Shown here in pieces: positions 37,533-50,411 of a DNA stretch of 64,000 bases (position 1 is the first letter of the stretch; every line of letters starts with the position of its first letter). Under the pieces are notes generated by a model. It saw nothing but the letters and a program-made list of their open reading frames with translations, did no database searches and had not been told where the DNA came from. Made by a program: the position numbers and the translations under genes. The DNA comes from Cirrosporium novae-zelandiae (taxonomy: Eukaryota), in assembly GCA_026023565.1 (NCBI GenBank), contig JAPETS010000005.1, positions 868,001 to 932,000 of the forward strand. Direction: 5' to 3'.

Positions 37533-39565
37533 ACTTTTGTTTTTTTTTATGTGTATATTGTTTACGTGATAAAGATTTTTGTAAATAGCTTCTAGATTCA
37601 CGTGTTTTTAACATCTGCTGACTTTCTTTGGACTGAGCTTTTCTTCTACCATCGTATTTGCGCCTTTTATTCTACATGTCATACATTGTACTGTATACAG
37701 TAAAAAGTGAATCAGTTGTTTGTCTTTTCCATCTTCTTTTCCTTGAGGGTGTTCTAATGTACAGGTGATAATTTCTCCTTCATTTTCTCCGTCACTAGTG
37801 CCTTTTTCTCATAACAATACACCTCAAAGTGCAAAACGCCATAAACAAGCTTATCTGAGATCTACAAGCTTTCTGAGTAATAACCCTCGGGGCGTTTAAA
37901 TCACAAAGCGAGCAAGCTCAGCTGAGATTTAGTAGCTTAACAATCAATGCTATTACACCTTTATATTGTCTTATATCGATACTCGTTTCCTTGCTTTGTT
38001 GTAATGTAACCATCTAGCGACATGTTTATTTCTATGGACTTCATATTTCTTTTCTAGTATCAGAAATTTCTGCCCATCTCGAACTACAAAAACCTTGAGT
38101 CGAAAACATCCATCAATTAGTTTGATCCCTCTCCCCAGGTGCTCCCCCCTAAACAGGTATCTCATAAAAACTTTGAGCGGTCTCAAATGCAAGGAGATTG
38201 CCTATTCTGAGGAAGGATCGATATGAGCTTCTCTTCAAAGGGAACCCTTCGGGTGACATCCCTTTGTCATAACCTTCCATAGTTCCAGATGCTCCAAAGC
38301 CAATAGCAAGGCAATCCTTGAGCAGATGACATTCTTCGGCGAAGGATATTCAACGCAGCATTCAATCTATGGTGACGTACAAATGCTGAACTATGGTCGG
38401 TTGAAGCTAGAGTAGGATCCCGTTGTTGCTAAGATTGGGGAGCGGTTTGAACAAAAAAATCGGAAGGAGGGTTCAACTGGCGTGGTTTGGATGCGTAGGA
38501 AGGAGTTTTCTATTGGCGTTCGTAATGGGCCCCGGATATTTTGAGGGTGTGGGCGATCCACTCTTCTTCCTCTAGGGAGCTAGTGATTTGTGGGATTGGG
38601 TTCATGGTTATGTCAGGATCGCAGCCTTAATCATGAATCCATGTTATATAACCAAAGATTGGGCTTGTAGAATCGCAATAAATTTATATGGTGCTGATTG
38701 TGTGCCAAGCAGGAATTAAAAAAAAAATTAGTAGCTAGCTTAGTAGTATATAGACATCGTTGTAGTGTGTACATTGATGTAGGAAGTATAAGGGGATGAT
38801 GTAAACTTAGCAATGTCGACAAGGCTTTCGCATGCTTCTAGGGGGGACAGGATTTTCAAATAAATATTCGTGACAGATAGCATGGCGATATCGAGCTAAC
38901 ATCATGATCAAGCCTAGTTACGTTGAAATCCGAATATTGGGGGTTCTGAAATAAGGAGTCTCTGACACTGGCTGCGAATATAAATAAGCAAAGTCAGCAA
39001 ACACCTCCTTTCCTGGCACCTGCGGCTCTTGCTAAAAATAGGGGTTTCTTATTAATTGTCCCTCTGGGCAAATATAAGCAAGCGAGGACAAGCAGGCACC
39101 TTTCTCGTTCTTTGTTATCTGGTGAGCCTAGTAGCATAGTTTGCTTGTTGGTTGTACTGGACAGTTGAATTGACTGAACAAATTGGGCACCGTGCAGGAG
39201 GTCACTTGGTACCTTGTTTGGAGCTTTTGATTTTTTTTGATTTTTTGCTGAATAAGTGGACTTCTTTCTAAGGACTGTAGGCTATTTGAATTCAGTGATG
39301 ATTTTAAGGGGCATTGCGGGTTATAGATTAATGACTTGTGCGGATAAAGGTATGGGAAACCGGTAGGTAAACAAAAAAAAGACAACTCACCTAGATCTAA
39401 AAATTGGAATTGGTGCATAATAATATATTGATCATGATTCTGATCCCAGCCAACCCAGCCAATCTCCCATTGACAGAAAACATATCTTTGACACATGTTG
39501 GATTGAGTGAAAGAGGGATGCCATTAGATATGCATATAAACATTGGTACAGTCTGTCCATATCTG

Positions 39566-40872
39566 TCACCTCCCTCTCCTCTCCGCCTCAACCTCTGCCT
39601 TTAGATCCTGAAGCACCTCCTCCCGAGTTCTCAAGTGCTCTTCCAATCCCTCTACCTGTTCCTTCACAGTCCGTAAATCATCCTCTAGCGCCTTTACTTC
39701 TCCCCCCTGCTTGCTTCTGCCCGTACCCTCTTCTACTTCACGCAACTCCTTCCGCTTGTAATCAAGCAGTTGTTCCAGCTCCCGTTTGACCAGTGCAGAC
39801 TTGGATGTATCTCTTCTCGAGCCCCGGTCATTCCCGGACTTCTGCGATGCTTCTACGCGGTCGATTTTCTCCTCCAAGTCATGAAGTTCACGCCTCAGTC
39901 TTACCTCCTCCCAGTCTTCTGTTGTTTTCTCTGACGAGAAATCCGTTCCTTTAGTGGGACCTCTTGAGCCACCTAATCCCATTCGGGAGAGATATGTGTC
40001 TCCAAATTTCGCCTTCCGCCCTGAACTTGTACTCTCATCGTATTTGTTGGAAGGACCATTATCTGCCAGATTGTAGGATATTTGACGGGATTCGAAGGAC
40101 GCGCGCAGTGAGGGTGGGATGGTACGGGGAAGGCGATAGCCGTCGTGACGTTGGGCGAGGAGGTGGAGATAGTAGAGACATGCGGAGTGAGATATTGTGG
40201 ACGATGATGTAGGATTTATGAGGTTCCATGCTGAGTTAATTTCTGTGTCTGGAACATCCAAGGATGAATAGAGGCCGTTTAAGGAGGAGAAGGTGATATC
40301 CCCCCTGCGATCTTTGTTTGCAGTGTAGATTTCTTCGTACTTGGACTTATCGGCAGGGGACATGTACCAGTCAAATCCGTCTTTTAAAGAGGGTGAGTCC
40401 AGGTCGTCATCTTCGACACGTTCAAATTGAGGCTGGGTGCCCGAAAGGGCCTGGGAAGCTTGGACAAGGTGAGCTTTTGATTCTGGGATAAGCCAATCCG
40501 GGAGGCGGGCGGGAACGTCGGCATATTCCTATATAAAGTTGGTTGATTAGTAGGATAATAACAAACGTCAAAGATGTATCAAAACTCTCCGTGTCCATCT
40601 CGGAATTAAGAGCGGAGGTGCTGTATGCATACCCCATTAACCAAATCAAAGATCAACCTCATGGCAACACAAAACTCCTCAAAGTCCAATTCCCCATCAT
40701 TATCCACATCCGCCAGATCCCAGATTCTTTCTAGTTGGTCATCTCTCAATTGACTGTTCTTCAACACGGTAGCTGCCTGGGCGCCACTCAGCCGCTGTGC
40801 ACCTCCGGACAACGAGCTAAAGATCTCCCAGTATCGATCGATTTCCCACTGTTCAATTTTTTTATTGGCCAT
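39566..40872 (-). CDS. END3: Actin cytoskeleton-regulatory/endocytosis protein End3 (EH domains, 2 exons)
   Basis: [63 protein letters not shown] coiled coil. Confidence 0.95.
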
Positions 40873-41060
40873 AATGGTAGTGATCGCCTTATGAATGGAT
40901 TAGTAACGGTTAGAATAAAGAATTAACAGGGGTTGGAGCTATCTTGAGCTGGGAGCTTGTATTTGAGCCTGTTTCTCGGGGATTTGAACATGGAACCATG
41001 CGTGGCTTGAAATTGAAATGTTTGTTAAGTTTGTCGGAGAAATGTGGCTGTACGCACTAA

Positions 41061-41106
41061 ACGCGTTCCTGATTTAGATTCGATCGCGTGGCGTCATAGA
41101 TCGCGT
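41061..41106. promoter_or_regulatory. MCB-like elements in the END3/SNF2 divergent promoter
   Basis: ACGCGT at 41061 and TCGCGT at 41084 and 41101, clustered upstream of a DNA-maintenance ATPase. Confidence 0.45.
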
Positions 41107-41302
41107 TTCCTGCAGGGGAAATTCGCCCTTTTCTACAAATTTACCACAATACAATCAATTGGAATTTCTTTTGATGATGAACCCTTTAGAAACATCATAC
41201 TCAAATAACATATTCTAAATTCTCGTTGGCCAAAGCGATCACGAATGCTAAGAAATCTATCAAGGCGCATCAGTTATAATTACTCAAGCATAGTTAACTA
41301 CA

Positions 41303-44199
41303 ATGCCTTCCACAACCAGCACCACGACCCCACGGAGTGATTCCCCTGATCCAATCGGTCACTTGCCTTCAACTGCCCCATCATCTCCTCCGTCAGAAAC
41401 TATAATACCCGACAAAATGAGCAATACTGAAGGTATCTCCGATGCCATGTTAGCCGAGGAGCGCAAGATGGCTGCCAAGAGCGAGAAGGAGGAGGAGAAG
41501 CGGAGACAGAAATATGATAAGAAATCGTCCAAGGAAGACGCTGGTGAGGTCGGAAGCCAGTTTACAAGATTAGAATATCTACTTTCACAGAGTAAGGTAT
41601 GTAATAATGCAACTACATTTGCTTGAGATGGGTGTTTGAGACCCTATCTATCACCTGTACCTATCACCTGTACCAATGCCTAATTGCACTCATCTCTCAG
41701 ATCTATGCAAATATTATGCTAGCAAAGTTGCAAAAGCAAGAACAAGATGCGGAAGCCAAAGATGCTAGTGAGAAAAAGCGCGCTGCAAAGCGGGAGGAGA
41801 AAGCCGAAAAAATTGCAACTGAAGCTCAAAGGAAATCAACCCGCAGTGCTACTACCAATGCCAATGGATCTAAGAATAGTAACGGGAAAGCTCCAACTCA
41901 GAAAAAGGGGCGGGGAAGACCCAAGAAGTCAGGCAATGCGACCATAAGCGATTACTTCAAAAAGGAGCAGCTGGAAGCTAAAGTAGGGAAAGAATCTGTG
42001 ACGGAAGCATTGGAACAGCAGGCGGAGGATGATAGTGTTCAGGCTTCGGAGGTAGGGGCTCAGAACCTACAATCTGCGAGACAGCCAAAGCTAGTTACTG
42101 GCGGTATAATGCGAAAGTATCAGCTTGAAGGCTTAGAATGGCTCTCTTCGCTATATGAGAATGGCCTCAATGGCATCCTTGCAGATGAGATGGGTCTCGG
42201 GAAAACGGTTCAAACGATTTCTCTAATCGCATTTTTAAGGGAAAAAGGAATCCCCGGTCCATATCTCATTGCTGCACCTCTTAGTACCTTGAGCAATTGG
42301 GTTGATGAGTTCAAGCGTTGGACTCCAGACATTCCAACAGTATTATACCATGGTAGCAAACCAGACCGGGAAGAAATTCGACAAACGAGAATGAAGGAAC
42401 AGAGAAGTTGGGATTTCCCTGTCGTTTGCACCTCGTACGAAATCTGCATGAATGACCAGAAGTTCCTATCGAAGTATGACTGGAAGTATATTATTATTGA
42501 CGAGGGCCACCGTCTGAAAAACCTCAACTGTCGTCTCATTCGCGAGCTTAAGCTCTACCGTAGTGCCAACCGTCTCCTGATCACGGGAACACCGCTACAA
42601 AACAACTTGTCGGAACTGTGGTCCCTACTCAACTTCCTGATGCCAGAGATCTTTGACACGCTAGAGACATTTGAGAGTTGGTTCGATTTCTCCGCTGTTC
42701 TAGATAAGGACGGACACAAAGAAATCATCGAGAAGGAGAGGAAGAACAGTTTGATTGCGAGTTTGCATGCGGTGTTGAAACCTTTCTTGCTGAGACGGGT
42801 CAAGGGGGATGTTGAAAGTTCGCTTCCTCCAAAAAGAGAATATATACTCTATGCCCCATTGACCGTGGAGCAAAAGGAGCTATATCACGCGATCCTAGAA
42901 GGGAGTAGTCGAACATATCTCGAAAACAAGGTCCTAGAAACGATCGCAGGAAATGGGAATAACAATTCTACAAGCGCCCAAAGTCCAAGTCTCAAGAGAA
43001 AGCTCGAGAGTGGCACGACGACACCAAGCAAAAGCGCAAAAACTAGTAGGGCATCTACTCCCATGGGATCCATGAAGCTGGGAAGAAATGGAAGGAAAAA
43101 ATTGAGCTACAAGGAAGTGGGTGACAGGGAGTATTTTAAGCAACTGGAAGAAACGCAATCACCATCAACACACGTAGAGGAAGAGGAAGAAAACGACTCT
43201 GAACTCGAAGCCGCCAGCAACATCGCCCTGGCAAAAAAACTGATTTCTCAAAAGAAACTAGCAAACCCGCTCCTCCAGCTTCGACTCGCCTGCAACACTC
43301 CCCACGCCTTTTACTGGCCCTACTCACCCGTCACGAACATCCCCACACATATCCCAACCATCCTCTCCGCCTCCGGAAAACTACTCCTCCTGCATCGACT
43401 TCTCCCCATGCTTCTCTCCCCCCCAGATGGAGGCCCGCCGCACAAACTCCTAATCTTCTCCCAATTCACCAGCGTCCTAGACATAATTGCAGAAACACTT
43501 CCTACAGAAAAATACCCCCACTGCCGCATTGACGGCAGCACATCCCAAGTCTCACGGCAAGCCCAAATCGCCCTCTTCAACACTACCTCCTCTAAATCGA
43601 CCCACCACATCTTCCTCCTATCCACCCGCGCCGGCGGTCAGGGCATCAACCTCGCCGCCGCCGACACCGTCATCCTCTTCGACAGCGACTGGAACCCCCA
43701 AATGGACCTCCAGGCCATCGACCGCGCCCACCGCATCGGCCAGACCCGTCCCGTCATCGTCTACCGATTCGCCACCCGCGGAACCGTCGAGGAAACCCTC
43801 CTAGAGCGCGCCGGCGGCAAAAGGAGACTCGAGAAGCTAGTCATGATGAAAGGCAAGTTTCGAAGCCTATTGACGCCTGTTTCTACGATTAGAACAGGCA
43901 CAGGACCTACCAAAGAAAGAGACGACGAACTAGAAGAACTAAGGACGCTTTTACTACGCCAGGATTCTGAGGCTTTTACACCCTCAAACCCTAATACACA
44001 GACAGCACAAGCACAAGCCGCAGTCCTAAGCGACGCCGATCTCGAAATCCTCACGGACCGTCGGCCGGAAGCTTATGAGCGTGCCAAGGAAGGTGGACAT
44101 GTCGGTGAGAAGTTCAAGGCTGTGCAGATGAAGAAGTTGGGGGATGCTGCTGCTGATGGGGGGGTTGGGGATGGGGTTTTGGATGCTATTGTTGGATAA
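41303..44199 (+). CDS. SNF2-family chromatin remodeller, LSH/HELLS/DDM1 subfamily (PasG/Irc5/MUS-30-like, 2 exons)
   Basis: QPKLVTGGIMRKYQLEGLEWL; GILADEMGLGKT; DEGHRLKN; LLITGTPLQNNL; LSTRAGGQGINL; DSDWNPQMDLQAIDRAHRIGQ. Intron at 41596-41700. Confidence 0.92.
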
Positions 44200-44399
44200 G
44201 GAAGGAAGGGGGTTGGGTTTTTGGGTTTGGAGTGGGATGATTAGGGTTTGGATGTATCTGTGTATAGAGGAAGTCCTGGGTACGTACATATGTATATGTA
44301 TATGTATTATTAGATAAACCAACCCTAATCCGTAATCCCTAGACTAAATCCATTCTCAAGATTTTTTTCTTCTTCAGTAGACTATTCCTCTTCTCTTCC

Positions 44400-44430
44400 T
44401 ACATACATACATACATACATACATACATAC
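44400..44430. repeat. (ACAT)n microsatellite
   Basis: About 7 tetranucleotide units. Confidence 0.85.
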
Positions 44431-45686
44431 CTGCATTTCCCATTGAATAAGTTTTCCCTTATAATAAAAAGTTCAAGATCAAAAAACCGATTCGGTTTAA
44501 TTTTTTTTTTATATATCTCTATTGAATTTTTCGGTTTCGGTTTCGGTTTGTCTTATACAGAGGGGTTTTATTGTATGTCATTTATTCAGGTAGTTGGGGG
44601 TAAAGTATATCTGTATGCGTGGTGTATGTATGCATGTATGCATGTGTATGCACTGAAGGTATTCTTCGTCCTTCCTGCTTCGAAGTACTCTACCCCCCTG
44701 CGCCCACTATGCCTCTTGTACCTCCCAACCTCTTCAGCCCTCTACTCTGGTCAAGCCCCTGCTCAGCCCTTCCCGAGGGGTGGGTGGGTGCTACTCGGGT
44801 ACTTACCAATACCGAACGAAGCACGAGGCGTGGGGAGTGGGGGCATTGCACTGTTCCAATTCAACATTCAAAATTGTGGGGGTAATTAGTGAATTTGGCG
44901 TGTTAGTTAGGGGTTTGATGGAAATACCTAGATAGATACCTAGGTAGATATCTAAATGGCAGGCTAATCTTTTATTTTCCGCCGTCATGAGTTTTCTTTG
45001 GCTCGGCTTAGCACAGTAGCACAGCACAGCACCAGCACGCCATACATTGTTTGGCTTATCTACATATCCCATTATATCCATTTCCATTTCCATGAATCAT
45101 TCATATAACCTTCCCAAAACAAACAAATAAAACACCAAGGGGGTTGACCGGTCGGGCTCATATAGTACGCCGAAAAGATTTCCGGTACACGCCTCATGAG
45201 TAATCCCATCACCCCAAGCATCCATAGTACCCCCCCCGAAAAAAGTTATTCCGGTGGGTAGAGAACAATTAACATTAACAAAAAGACCCCCCTTAAATGC
45301 TAGGTCCCGATAGCAAAAACCGATATATTTACAGTTCAAATCGAAAGGTGAAAAATGCAGGACGTTGCCATCAGTGTAAATATAAATCTCCGTCGCAATG
45401 CAAAATGCGAAGATGAGTCCAGGATGCTGATGTCCAATATGTAACGCCTGTGATTACGAATTATACTTTTTTGTTCATTATATCCAAGTCACGAGTTTCA
45501 ACCCGATTGTCGATGATGTCGTTTAGTTGCATAGTCTCATGAGAAATTATTGATGGTTTCAATATTGTTGGGTTCGGCGGAACTGATATGTTGAGGGTAG
45601 ATGGATAGTTGGAAGTAATCGTGGTCGAATCTCAGCAGATCATACAAGACATGAAAGTGTCGAGATGAAATATACAAAGGTCGTGT

Positions 45687-48028
45687 TCAACAATCCGAGT
45701 TGATCTTATGTTTTGGCCATCCGTAACCAGTTTCATCCCATGTCTTTTAACTCATTAGTAAAAAAAAATCAACGTTTGACGTAATACAAAGCCTCAACTT
45801 ACAGTCAAGTTATAATTCTCATAAGCCTTGGGATGGTTTTTAATATACTCTGTAGTTTCATACCCAGGAGGATCGCACGTAACCATCTCTTCTCCTTCTT
45901 TCTGATACCATCTCACATAATCAATGCGCATCATGGTCGGGAAGACCAGATCGTCATAATCAATTTCAGTCCACGACGCACTGAAGCCTAGATTTAGAAC
46001 AATGCTCATGGGCTCCTCGGAAATAATTCGAGCCTGCACATTGCCGTTCGGTCCAATGGCGTTTCCATTCATCCTATAAGACATGTCGTCGCCGACAAAC
46101 CAAGCGATTCCAGAACTGCCACCTGTACCAGGAGTATATTCGAATGAATACTTTTGGTATTCAACCCCATCGTACCAATCATTATTCAACATGGTAGTGC
46201 CGGAGATGGCCTGTTGAAAAGGTCCTCCTGTGTAACCGTTGATCTGAGTGATTTCAAGATCACGAAGTGCAAGATAATCATAGTTTGGATGCCACCATAT
46301 ATCATAGGGAGCAACCTGGTAGGACTGTGTTACAAGACCGATTCGACTGTTGACATCTGCACCCGCTTCAATGACATCGATTTCAGGAGCACCACGACCG
46401 GTTCCGGGAGATGGGTGATCCTCGCCGTCGCAGGTGCAAGAAGGGAGCTTTTGTCCTGGGAGGTGGGAAAGGCCATCCGACTGGGACTGGTTAGGGGTAA
46501 TACCAGCATCACAAGAATTATATGTATATGGCCAGAGGCCTTCTGTGCTTGCTCTATATCCCGGCCGTCCAAGGTTTCCCATTGTCCAGACTCCGGGCCA
46601 CAAACCTGGAACTCCGCCGGGTCCAGGAAGGGACAGAGAGACTTCCAAGGAACCACCCTTCATGCATACCTGGTTCCAGCTATTGAGCATACCAGATCGA
46701 TAACTCAGATCGTGATTGGCAAACTTGTCCAACTGGAAGATCAAGGTACCATCGTAGGTGGTGGCGGCGTCTGGATCATACCATTCAAGATCTTGTGTAG
46801 ACCCATACCAGAAGTCGGGTGCCGTCCAGTAGGGATCATCTCCAGGGTAGAACGTCCGGTTGTTTTTATTAAATTCGTCGCTAAATACTAGCTTGAGCGT
46901 ATCTCCGTCAACACCTGTCTTTGTCTTTGCTGACTCGGGCGTATCAGGGTCGATCAAACCGGTTCTTATGTTACTCAGTAATGGATATGTCTTATTGTTA
47001 ACACAATACCAGTCCGTGGCACAATCGACAGTATTGGAAAAATCAGATAGAGGATCATCGTCAGGATAATCGTAGGTGAGAATGTTCGAATACGTAAGGA
47101 TAGGGAACAAGACGAAGAGGAATAGCAAACCAAGAATCAAGAACATGCTGCCTATAAGAGAGCACAGCTGTTCGCGTGCGCAGTAGTCGCGCGCCCTTGG
47201 TCGGTACTTCACGTCATCATCGGGTCCAGGATTATGCATGTCATCATCTGCTTCCTTCTCGGACATGAAGAGAGGAAAGTTGTAGTCTGCGGGTGCATAA
47301 CGCTCATCAATGAAAGGTGTTAGGGTTTGTTCAGGAATCAGTCTCGGAGTACTCGTTCCTGAGCGAAATGGATTTGATGGCAGCAGAGGCATTGCGCTCA
47401 CACGATTACTGTTGGACATCCCCGAAGATTCGATGGTAATCGATGACACACAATTGCTGTTGGGGTACCTTGAATACCCTACCCCAATCAGTGATGAACG
47501 TGACTGGGATCCCGCCGAAGATGATTCATCTCTTTCATCTAGTCTTTGCCATAGTTGTCTGCCTCGAGATATTGGTGGAGCCGGGGAGGTTGTTAGCTCC
47601 GAGGATTTGGATGTACTAGGATCGCTCCTTGAATGACTAGGGTCCGAGGATTCGGTCGATGTGGACTCTCTTGTCCGTTCGGCGGGTTCTTCGCTATCAC
47701 TTCCGGTTATAGAAACAGCCGCGGAGTTGGTGGGAGGTGAGGGTGTGTTAGGTGTCCAAGATGCTCGCTCTGGCCGCAGTGACCCAGATGCTATTTCTGA
47801 AGTATTGTGGGCATGTCCAACTGCTGTCATGCTTGCCCTACGGGCCAGCTCACAATACGTTATCTTCGAGGGAACTCTGCCCGTTGAATTTCTGAGAGCA
47901 GCAGCAGCAGCATGGGCAGCAATGTTTGTAGAGCTGCGGCCAGCCTGATGTACAGCCTCCCCATCTGGATGTGCTTGCTCCGGTCGGAGAGCGACCGAAG
48001 CAGCCTTGTGTAAAGAGGGCATTGTCAT
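45687..48028 (-). CDS. KRE6: KRE6/SKN1 beta-1,6-glucan synthesis protein (GH16, type II membrane)
   Basis: Ser-rich N-terminus, EADDDMHNP, one TM helix, LIDPDTP, LVFSDEFN, GRGAPEIDVIE (ExDxxE) and RIDYVRWYQ. A short last exon encodes TWDETGYGWPKHKINSDC*. Confidence 0.92.
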
Positions 48029-50411
48029 TCAATGAATGTCGTGTGTCTATAGGAGAGGCTAACAGCCCATCTTGCTTATAACCACCAAGAATGCATCAAC
48101 ACCCCGCAATGTAACCCAGCACTCTGATAATATATTGTTTGATGCGTTGGAAGTAGAGCGAATAATTGGGGCGTTCAATTTAGCTGACGGTTGTTTGGCT
48201 AATGTGCAAAGTCTGAAAAGTGATATCTCACAATCCGCGATTCCGATATCGATATGGGGAAATTTCGTTGGGGACTCTAAGACCTGGTGGCTAATTATCC
48301 CCTCAAGTAGCGACTGAATCCGCCGAGAGAGATTGAATAAGGTTTCAAATATTTCCGTTGTTCCAGTTCAAGCTTCCCACTCTTTCATGTAATGCGACTG
48401 ACTGACAACCAGTTGCAATAAGACGATGATCGTAGGAGGAAAATGGGAATAGGTTCAGCGAATGTAAAGCATCAATGCCATGAAGGCTTCGAGGCAGGAT
48501 ATATGAATATAGGAACGAAGGATGGTAACAGAAAAATGGGTAGGGCAGCGGTGGTGGAGTAGTATCGACAAAGGTAGGATAAAGTTCTAATTGTTGGATG
48601 ATAAAGGAAGTGGCAGAGTGCGTGGACTCATCGTCATAGAACGGTCAGCAAAGAGCTCTCCAGACTTTTTTTACGCAGTAAAGCCTCCAAGCCTAAAGCC
48701 TGTAGTACTATTCGCTCACAGAACGAAGCTTTGGTCGCCTTTTTGGGGGGAACAACACCACAATTAGCTTGATGGCAAATCTTCAAGCCGAGTCATTGTC
48801 GTTTCAACCCCTCCCCCCCCGAAGTGGCCAGACATGCCAGAGAAGACCAAGCTCATCGGATTCCAAAAAGTTCATCGTGGGATGGGATGGAATGGAATGG
48901 ATGCGAGAATAGCCGAATTCAGGTATTCCCGTCGCATTGACCAGACAACATTGGAAGTCAAAGGTAGCGGTCCAATAAAGAAAGATTCTTATTGAAACCC
49001 TTTTAGATGATTGTTGTCAAAGGAAGACTAGATTTGCCAGGCTAAGATGCTAGGCTCTTCGGGGTGTTACTAGATAAAGATGAAAGCTGGAGAGTTATGG
49101 AAGAGTGACTGGGAGTAGAATTAGTTATCGAATAGTTTCCTATGGGGGGATGGAGGGGTGGTATACGCAATCCTTAACCCCAACTATTTAGGTACCCAAT
49201 AACAAACAAGGTTAACAAAGGATGAAAATGATCGCCATCAACCAGAGCAAGGGCCAAATTGAGATCAATCATCAAGTTCATTAATTACAGCTGAACCATC
49301 GCACTACGCCTACTATGTATATATAAATATATATCAACATCATCCTTAACTTGTACTTTATAGTACATAATAAATAAATGAGTCAATAAAATTTAAAAGG
49401 CTAGAGCAAAGGACCAAGGGCGATGGCACTATCCGACCTCAAAATTGCAAAGATTGTTCCATTGAATAATAATTTCAACTTAATTACTTGTAAGTGTCTT
49501 GTGCTCAATTCAAAAGTCACCTGGACATTTTAATGGACATTTTAAAACCCGATGTCCTACAAGTAGATAATAGTCATGGATAGTTCCATGTTTGGCGCAA
49601 TCCATCAAGTGGAGTTCTACGACGAATCAGAACTGAATATGATCCGAAAACAGTCAACTTTTAAATCCTTTAAGCATCAACTTGCCCAAAAGTACCCAGG
49701 TACCGAAGTTCTCACCTATCGCGCTATGTAACTTGACAAGCACCGCCGACCGGTTCACGCCACACAAAATATTTATCGCGACAACCACCGTATGACGGCA
49801 TCATCAAGGCTACTTTGGAATGTTTTTATTCTTATCATTATCCAAGGATTCCACCACTGGGGGATTTAACTAGGTTTCTAATCCTCTATGGCTGAAAATA
49901 TCCTCTTTTGGTGTGAAATTCAATTGATACCGAATAGCGGTGGAAGTTCAAGGCTATTATACCAAGGCTCCAAAGGCGCAAGGAGAAAAAAAAGGTTGAA
50001 ATAAATGTCCCTCTTCTTCCCACCCCCCAGCCTTACGACCTCTGCAACGTTTTTCAATCTTCTCCAATGTTTTTTTTTGACTCTCCAATGCTTTCAGATT
50101 CCGGTCCACTTGGCAGTCTTTTTCATTGCTTGACGCTGATGATGCCAAGGGTTCCCTCTGTCGGAGCTGCAGTTATCAGGCCCGTGGACATGCTAGCCCG
50201 CAAATTTAGCCTCACCGCCAGCTGGAAACTAAAGTGGGTGGGATTCGAACATGAGGCTGCCCGCCGCTGTCAATTTTAACCTCAAATCTTTCTTATCATG
50301 AATAAATCCATCCTTTGTACTGCATGCATTTTGCAGATAGATTACGCCTTTTAAATAATATATATCTGATGATTTGATGTCTGTGAACGAATTTCATTAA
50401 TTTCATTTTCC

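Noticed and set aside
46154..46891. 245-aa plus-strand ORF and similar long antisense ORFs inside the GH35, END3 and SNF2 genes
   Set aside because: These are antisense shadows of well-supported genes and carry no motifs of their own.
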